Assembly: GCF_001194135.2 (NCBI RefSeq)
Contig: NC_068983.1
Coordinates: forward strand, 81,477,865 to 81,534,992
Direction of reading: 5' to 3'
From: Octopus bimaculoides
Taxonomy: Eukaryota
Length of the DNA stretch: 57,128 nt
Shown one piece after another: positions 50,256 through 57,128 of this stretch. Below the pieces are notes generated by a model, which worked only from the letters and a program-made list of their open reading frames with translations, was not told the DNA's origin and ran no database searches. The number at the start of each line of letters is the position of its first letter. Position 1 is the stretch's first letter. A program made the translations under genes and the position numbers.

Positions 50256-50669
50256 ATTTAAATTTACTAAGGGTAAAGTCAAATAAGGTAAAAAGGATTC
50301 TGTAACTACCTTTTGTTGTAAATCTACAGATGAAATGTATTTAAACACAATTTTTAAAAATAGGATTGAAGTTCAGGAAAAAAGTTATGTGCTGCTTACA
50401 CATATAACCAACTGTTGGTAGGATATTATTTAATTACAATAAATGAGTATTCAATAAATGTGTATGCAAAATTTTAAGGACATTTTCAATATTTGTTTGT
50501 CTGAAAGTTTTAGTTTTTGTTAAAAGGAATATAGACATGATTATATAGAAGACTTACATGTTGCTTGCTAGAGTGTTTATGGATGCTGACAAGGAGAATG
50601 AAATATAGGAAGTCAGAAAAGATTAATAAGTTTAAGAAAGAAAATTTGTTATTGGAAGCAATGGGTGGT

Positions 50670-51085
50670 GTTATGGATAAACTTAGTGGTAAAATACAGG
50701 GACATTAGCAAACCAATGCCTGTTGCCAAGCGGTGGTGGGACAAAGACATACATAATGACATACACATGTGTATACATGCAAGCCTGTTTCTTTTCTCTA
50801 ATAGCCCTGTCAACAACATTATTCCACCACAACGTTATTTTGGGTCGAGAAGGGACTTTGCACCATTGACAGATCTGGTCAATGGCCCTCAGCAGGTTAT
50901 CCCATAGAAACCTCCAGTTATCTTCTACATCATGTGAAGCTATATCCCCTTCTATTTTGTCATAGGCTTTGAGTAATATGTCTCTAAATTTCTGTCCATT
51001 CGCAGGATCTTTAAGCTTCCAGACCCTTCTCCTCTATGTTGGTCGTCTTCTGGGCAACCACTTAGCCCTGATCCTGAAGTCACAT
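50670..51085 (-). mobile_element. SINE family A fragment (50670-50770) joined to a probable RTE RT fragment
   Basis: gccaagcggtggtgggacaaagac matches the SINE A 3' half. Downstream minus frames show AYDK... and NLLRAI-like RTE motifs. Confidence 0.4.
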
Positions 51086-51775
51086 AATATTTAGTTAGGA
51101 TTTAAACAGTTTTTTTAAATAAACATATACTTCATGAGAATATTCTTCCCTGCTTAGGTGGAAGTCCAGTATGAACAAGGGTATGTTGATGCCAATAGAG
51201 CTAATGACTTAATAATTAAATATCTGCTGTGTTGTAAAGTTAATGATTGAAAAAGCAATTATTATTAATCCATATAGTTTATCATATAAATATTACAGTT
51301 CATTTGAATAAATGACACTTCATAGTTTGCATTTTTATTGCTTAGAGGTGGTGCAGCTTCTAAACAAGAGATAAAGCATAGAACCTCTAAACTTTTGAAG
51401 ATACTAAAGAAAACGAAGTGGTCCATAGAATCTGCACATGGAATAGAACTTCCACAAACTGGCCCAAGTTTCCCTTATACAATTCTGAATAACTTAAATA
51501 CTTATTTTATGTACTCCCATGTGACATTATAACTATATACAAGACTATGTTGAAGTTACCAAGTACGTAGTTTCGTGATAACAATATCCAGAGTCTTGGT
51601 GTGTGCCAAAGTGATATTTTATGATTAGCTTATTGAGATCTCTTTTTAATCAAGTGCTTCCTAAAAATTACAGTTAAAAACTTTCCATGTCAAGGCTCAA
51701 TAATATTTTCAACACAATATAAAGCAGCAAGCTGAAACTTCAAATTTTACTACCCTCACTAGTTATTATAGCTTA

Positions 51776-51986
51776 ACACTTTCATTACTGTATTTATTTT
51801 GAGATGCTCTGTGTTTCTTTCAATTACTTTAAATATAACAAAGAATTTAGTAAAATAACTTAGTTATCATTCAGCTAGTGTTAGGAACATAAATTGTGAC
51901 TAAGGTTTGGTGGATGATCTTAATTCAAAACTTATGAAAACAAGACATTTCTACTCAGAGCCAGAGCCGGGTTGGTAATGCAAGGG
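51776..51986 (+). mobile_element. piggyBac-type MITE copy
   Basis: ttaa-cactttcattactgtatttattttgagatgctctg...gggttggtaatgcaaggg-ttaa. Confidence 0.9.
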
Positions 51987-53199
51987 TTAAATGGAGGTAT
52001 TCTTTGAAGCATCAAATTGTATTGTTAAAAGAAAATGAACTGGTTAACCAATAACAAGTTAGTCAAACAATGCCAACACTCTAATCATACCAATGGATGT
52101 TGATGTAGTCATTTTAGTTATTAGTGATATCTTGAAACTACTAATTAGGCAACTGTGACATCATCATAAATATAACTAGATGGTTGTGTGTTGTATGAAT
52201 AATACCTTACTGAAGTATGATAATTTATAATTGTTTTGGTCATACTGAGAACTTGTTGACCGATTAGTTCCTGGAAGTTCTCCATCAGCAGATTTTATAG
52301 ATCTAGTTATTTTCTGAAAGAGAGGTTGTGTTTTTATTCAAGTGAACTTTAATATTTATGAAATAAATAATGTTTTCTACTAAATATCATTCAGTGTGAA
52401 AATGTTTATTGAGTTATAATTGCTACAAAAAAGTCATTACTTGTTTTTCCAGCATTGTCAAATATTCTCACAAAGTATACTTGTCCTTAAAAATCTATTT
52501 AGGTATTCCTTATTTTAATTCTCATGCAAGAATTGAAAAAAAACAAGCAGACAAATCAACTTGTTTGATAAAATTAAGATGGCTTTTAATCTTTTTTTAA
52601 CATGGCCAACATAATTTTTTTACTTGCTCTGTTTGGAGGAAGGAAAAGTGCCCAGGACATTTGCAAACCCACAAAAAGAAATAATAATGGAAAAGATTTC
52701 AAAATAACCAATATTCTAGAGAGGCAGGAAAGGGCACTGTGGTTAGTGCAGAGGAAAAAAGGGAGGAGAGAAGAGAGGGTTGGGAGAGCTTGAGTTGAGT
52801 GATAGAAAACACAGAAAAGACAGCACACCTACAGCCAGAGGCTAGAATGAGTTTGTTTGTTGGTGACTTAATGCCAATTCTAAAGCAGCCTAGAGGGGTC
52901 AATATATAAAGAAACCAAATATATTGAATGTACAATGTAAATTGTGTGTATCTGTATACCAAGTTTCAACTATACTGAAAGTGATTCTGTTATTTTGCTA
53001 CTTTACTGGGTGATCAGTCTTGGAATCATTCTCTCGTTATATATCATTAAAATCTTTCATTTGCAAGTATTCCCATTTAAACGAAAATTTTTCACCTATC
53101 TTATTATACAAGGCAGTTTTTCAGGAAGCTGTTTTGCAATTGGAGTTATGAGATTTTGACTTTTTAAAGTATTCATTTAAAGTTTGTCTTTTCCTCAAA

Positions 53200-55040
53200 T
53201 AGCATGCCAATAATAATGAAACAAGTATATCAACAGAGATTTCAAAAGGGTTTGCTTGCAATGCCACCATTTAGCAAGTTTCTGCAGATCAGTTTGAAGT
53301 ACATAGTAAATTTTTGTAGATGTAATGTCATTGCAAGATATTCTATTTTAGTAACCCATTACAAAAGAAACAGAAAAGTCTCGTTTAAAACAATTCATGC
53401 TTCTAGTTTTGAAGAGAAAATGTAATGAAACGTTCTAGTGATGCATATTTGTTGCCATGCTTCATCTAACACTTGTGTCATTCAGTAAATTTGTACTAAA
53501 ATAAAATACCAGGTTCCAATAGTTTGAAAGTGGACTGCAACGTCCCAAATGTACAAAAATTGTAGCTTCCTCTACACTTTGATCAAGATTGGATTTCTGA
53601 AGTAGGAACTGGAAACTTAACTCTTCTATAGGGTTCATCCAATGATATCAGAGTGAGTGAGCTTCTGAAAACAATTATAATACATTTCAATAACTATTAA
53701 AAAAGTTATACATATCTTGATTAGGTACTTTTACAAAAATCTTATGCAAATGGAATTGTAGACGTTTTTAAAAAACAAAAGCTAGTAGCAAAGAAAATAA
53801 ATATTATATAAGAATCTGTTGGCAATTAGAACAATGTCATTGTCATAGTAGGTGTTAATAATAGTATCTAACAGAAGTCCTATGATTACAACTACTTAGA
53901 TATATGAAAGCATTTTTGGCAATTAGTATTATATTCTACTTGTACTGATTGAACTCTCTACTTGTACTCTCTAGAAAATTAAAACATTTCAGCAGAAACT
54001 TATTAAGTAATTTTCTTACTCTTTCAACTAGACAAATTAATTATAACCAGATATACCTTACTATTTATAAAAAAAAAAATTTAATTGTACAAGATGAAAT
54101 CCCTGTGTATAATTTTGAATCAGTGGTTTTTGTTACAAGCTCATATTAAAATTATGCGTTCAATATATGAAAGGTATTGATTAAAAGAATATGATTTAAA
54201 AATTTTTACCCTCAGTTTTAAAGCTTGTTTAGGAAGCTAAACTTGAGTCAAATTTAGTTATTTACAAAGTTTTACCATTTGATTAAATCAACTGGAATTG
54301 TCTCAGTGCAAAATAGACCCTACTGATCTTGACTGGAGAATTTTGGGATCCTGACTCAAATCTTGGATAGAGATTTGAAGGAAAAATAGTAGAAAAGATG
54401 CCGAAGAATATAACTAATGATGAAGGAAAATATACTAGAAAATTCAAAATTTTCTTTCTTGTGTTTGCAAACAGCTTAAATAACGATTTCCAGAAAATTT
54501 TGAAATATTGAAGAAAATTGAATGTATTTCTGTAAGAAATATTTTGTGAAATGTAAACGAACCAATAATTCCAATTTCGGAATCAATGAATTTAAGTGAT
54601 GATGATATAGCAATTGCTGAATAATGATATAACAGCATTCATCTAGATGAATGGATCAATACTACCAATATAGAAAAATTTGACAACATTTATCACAAAG
54701 ATGCTACTGGAAGAAATCCCCTCAGAGATGTTGCAACATTTGTTCTTAATCACTTAACAGTACACAGTTCAAATACTGAAGCAGAAAGATTACACAAAAT
54801 GTGAATGTTATCAAAACAAAATGAAAGAAATCAGACAATGTTCAATACTTGGAGTCATTCTCTTTCTAAAACATAACCTAAAACAGCATGATATATGCTG
54901 CAAAAATTGTTTATATAAAGCAACACTAAACAAAACTGGTTTGATAGACACATATCTAGCTCAGAAACAAAATAGCAATCCTGGAAATACTAACAATTTC
55001 AATGATTTAGAAGGTTTGTTAGTTGCCGTTTCAGATATAT
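53200..55040 (+). mobile_element. Decayed hAT-family transposase
   Basis: LVMHICCHAS (CxxH motif) and KDATGRNPLRDVATFVLNHLTVHSSNTEAERLHKM (hAT C-terminal dimerisation motif, SNA..ER.FS); many stops and frameshifts. Confidence 0.65.
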
Positions 55041-55080
55041 TACCAAAAATGTAATTTCTATCATTCTTTTAAAATAAAGT

Positions 55081-55302
55081 CATCATCATCATCATCATCA
55101 TCGTTTAACGTCCGCTTTCCATGCTAGCATGGTTTGAACGATTTGACTGAGGACTGGTGAACCGGATGGCTGCACCAGGCTCCAATCTGATTTGGCAGAG
55201 TTTCTACAGCTGGATGCCCTTCCTAATGCCAACCACTCCGAGAGTGTAGTAGGTGCTTTTACATGCCACTGGCACGAAGGCCAGTCAGGCGGTACTGGCA
55301 AG
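55081..55302 (-). mobile_element. RTE LINE extreme 3' end (222 bp)
   Basis: (cat)n-cgtttaacgtccgctttccatgctagc...ggccagtcaggcggtactggca. Confidence 0.9.
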
Positions 55303-55394
55303 TAACTAGCATTTTTATTTTTAGCATTTTATCCTCATTTTGTAAGATGTCTAGCACTAAACTGTCATTTATATCTGACAACATTGGTTCTAAA

Positions 55395-55610
55395 CACAAG
55401 TTCAATAATCGTTTCTAATTTAGGCACAAAACCAACAATTTTGAGCTGAGGGGTTTCTTGATGCCAGCAGTCCCCATATACATTTGACTTGTGATTTATT
55501 TTATCAGCACCAGAGGGATGAAAGGTAAAGTTGACTTCAGCAGGATTTCAACTTTAAAAAGCTGAGAATTTGGTCCACTGCTCTAACAATTCTGCCAATT
55601 GATCACCTTT
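55395..55610 (-). mobile_element. Degenerate SINE family B
   Basis: taggcacaaaaccaacaattttgag...ttttatcagcaccagagggatgaaaggtaaagttgacttcagcaggatttcaac...ctctaacaattctgcca. Confidence 0.7.
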
Positions 55611-56872
55611 GGTTCCAAATACCAGCTTAATAATTAATTGTCAAAATTTATCAAAAGGAAAAAAAAACAAAAAAACAGAATATTTCATTAGAAATATGAT
55701 CACAAAATGGCTGAAGTCTCTTCATTTTTTTAACATGAAGATGGGAAAATAGTTATGACCTAGTTTGAGCATTATTTTTCCTTAAGAAAATGCAAGAAAA
55801 CTTATCAAAAACTTAGAAAAGTCTGAAAAATCAATGCAGAATATAGCTTGCTTGTAAGCTATATAAGATGGAGCTTTGAGGACTTCTTGTTACTTATAGC
55901 TAAGAAAAAATAAAAATACTTTTAGCCGTGTACTTTGTGTTATATAAAAATGTTTTTAAGATAAAGTCACATTTTGATTCAAATTGTTTGTATTGTTACC
56001 ATGGTGTTGTGTGAGAAGTATTATTATTTATTTTTTTGAACTGAACAACAACAAATAACTGAAAAATCTTTCTGTTAAAACAAAAATACAGTAGGATACA
56101 AATTTCTGAGAAAGAAGCACAACCAAGCTTGTACCAAATTAAGCTCAATTTTATATTTTTGTTTTTTGTTAGAATTCTTCAAGATATTAACTAAATTTAC
56201 AGCTTGTTCTTTACAATATGACCAACAGAATTCTTCACACATGAAATACCAAATATTGGGTTTTGAATGTTTAGAAACAGATTTGACTAGCATTCAATGA
56301 CTCATAAAAATTAGAAAATAAAGTTATATCTTTCTAAATTAATTTCAAAGATTTTTTGTTTTAGATGCAATGAGGTAGTCTACAAAGAATGGTAGGTACT
56401 TTCAAAATATGATTAACTATTTAAGAATAAAAGTACTTCCTGATCAACATTCATTACATACTTGAAGTCATGCTTCTCTTAATGAATGTATACATTGCTA
56501 AGGTAGTTTTAAGAATCAAAGTTTCATCATGTTTTCATATCAAATGAGACATTTTGATCATGTGATCAGATTCCTATTGAATATGAAAGAACACAACAAT
56601 GAAATAGATTTTTCTAAGACACTATCATCAACAATCAGGTATTTTATTTTTGTACAAAGTCTTTTGAAGATCAATTAAAAGTAATACATGCAGCTAATCA
56701 GAGTCAAGAAACTTTCAGTTATCAGACTTTACTGTTCTACACTATTTTGATCAGTTTATTTTCTTAGTTGTTTCACCTACCCTATACACACACAAATGCA
56801 GACACATGTAAATAAATATATGTATATATAGATATGCTTGTATGTGTGTGTGTACATAAATATGTATGCATA

Positions 56873-57128
56873 TTCGTTCCTCTCTTTCGTTCAGGCTTTC
56901 CATCCTGCCCTCCACTTCTCCTGTACTGTCTCTGACACCTCTGTCCCCTTTCTCGACATTTCGGTCAGCATCCTCCACTCCGCCCTTAGCACCTCCATCC
57001 ACTACAAACACACAGACTCACACTCCTATCTCAACTTCTCCTCCTCCCACCCTAGACACACAAAACTTTCTATCCCCTATTCCCAATTCCTCCGTCTACG
57101 CAGACTTTGTAGCGACAGCCATGACTTT
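56873..57128 (+). mobile_element. Penelope-like (Neptune/Poseidon-like) RT thumb fragment, 5'-truncated, running off the window end
   Basis: Open frame LLSFVQAFHPALHFSCTVSDTSVPFLDISVSI...STSIHYKHTDSHSYLNFSSSHPRHTKLSIPYSQFLRLRRLCSDSHDF matches the PLE FLD...YRKPT..SSHP...SIPYSQ.LR.RRICS pattern. Confidence 0.9.

Noticed and set aside
56371-56379. TGAGGTAGT let-7 seed match
   Set aside because: Only 9 nt match and there is no precursor hairpin.

Overview
AT-rich, microsatellite-laden animal genomic DNA with eight N gaps. The SINE and LINE repertoire and the (TA)n/(CA)n density look like a draft octopus (coleoid cephalopod) scaffold; this is recognition from memory, not a database result. No host protein-coding gene can be supported, and almost all listed ORFs are artefacts of microsatellites or N runs, or decayed transposon frames. 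The window is a transposon graveyard. It holds three tRNA-derived SINE families; RTE, R4/Dong and Penelope-like (Naiad-like and Neptune/Poseidon-like) retroelements; mariner, maT-like, hAT and Helitron remnants; and hAT and piggyBac MITEs with intact TSDs. Four signals stand out. (1) A well-formed type I hammerhead ribozyme fold with a U4C core variant at 15212-15265, plus further hammerhead-like motifs in short (TA)n-anchored repeats. (2) A CpG-decay boundary near 25.6-26 kb, visible by comparing copies of the same repeats on each side, which suggests a methylated (gene-body-like) domain on the right with a few candidate exons. (3) A tail-to-tail pair of ~400-bp SINEs able to form long dsRNA. 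(4) Several unexplained foldback or palindromic elements.
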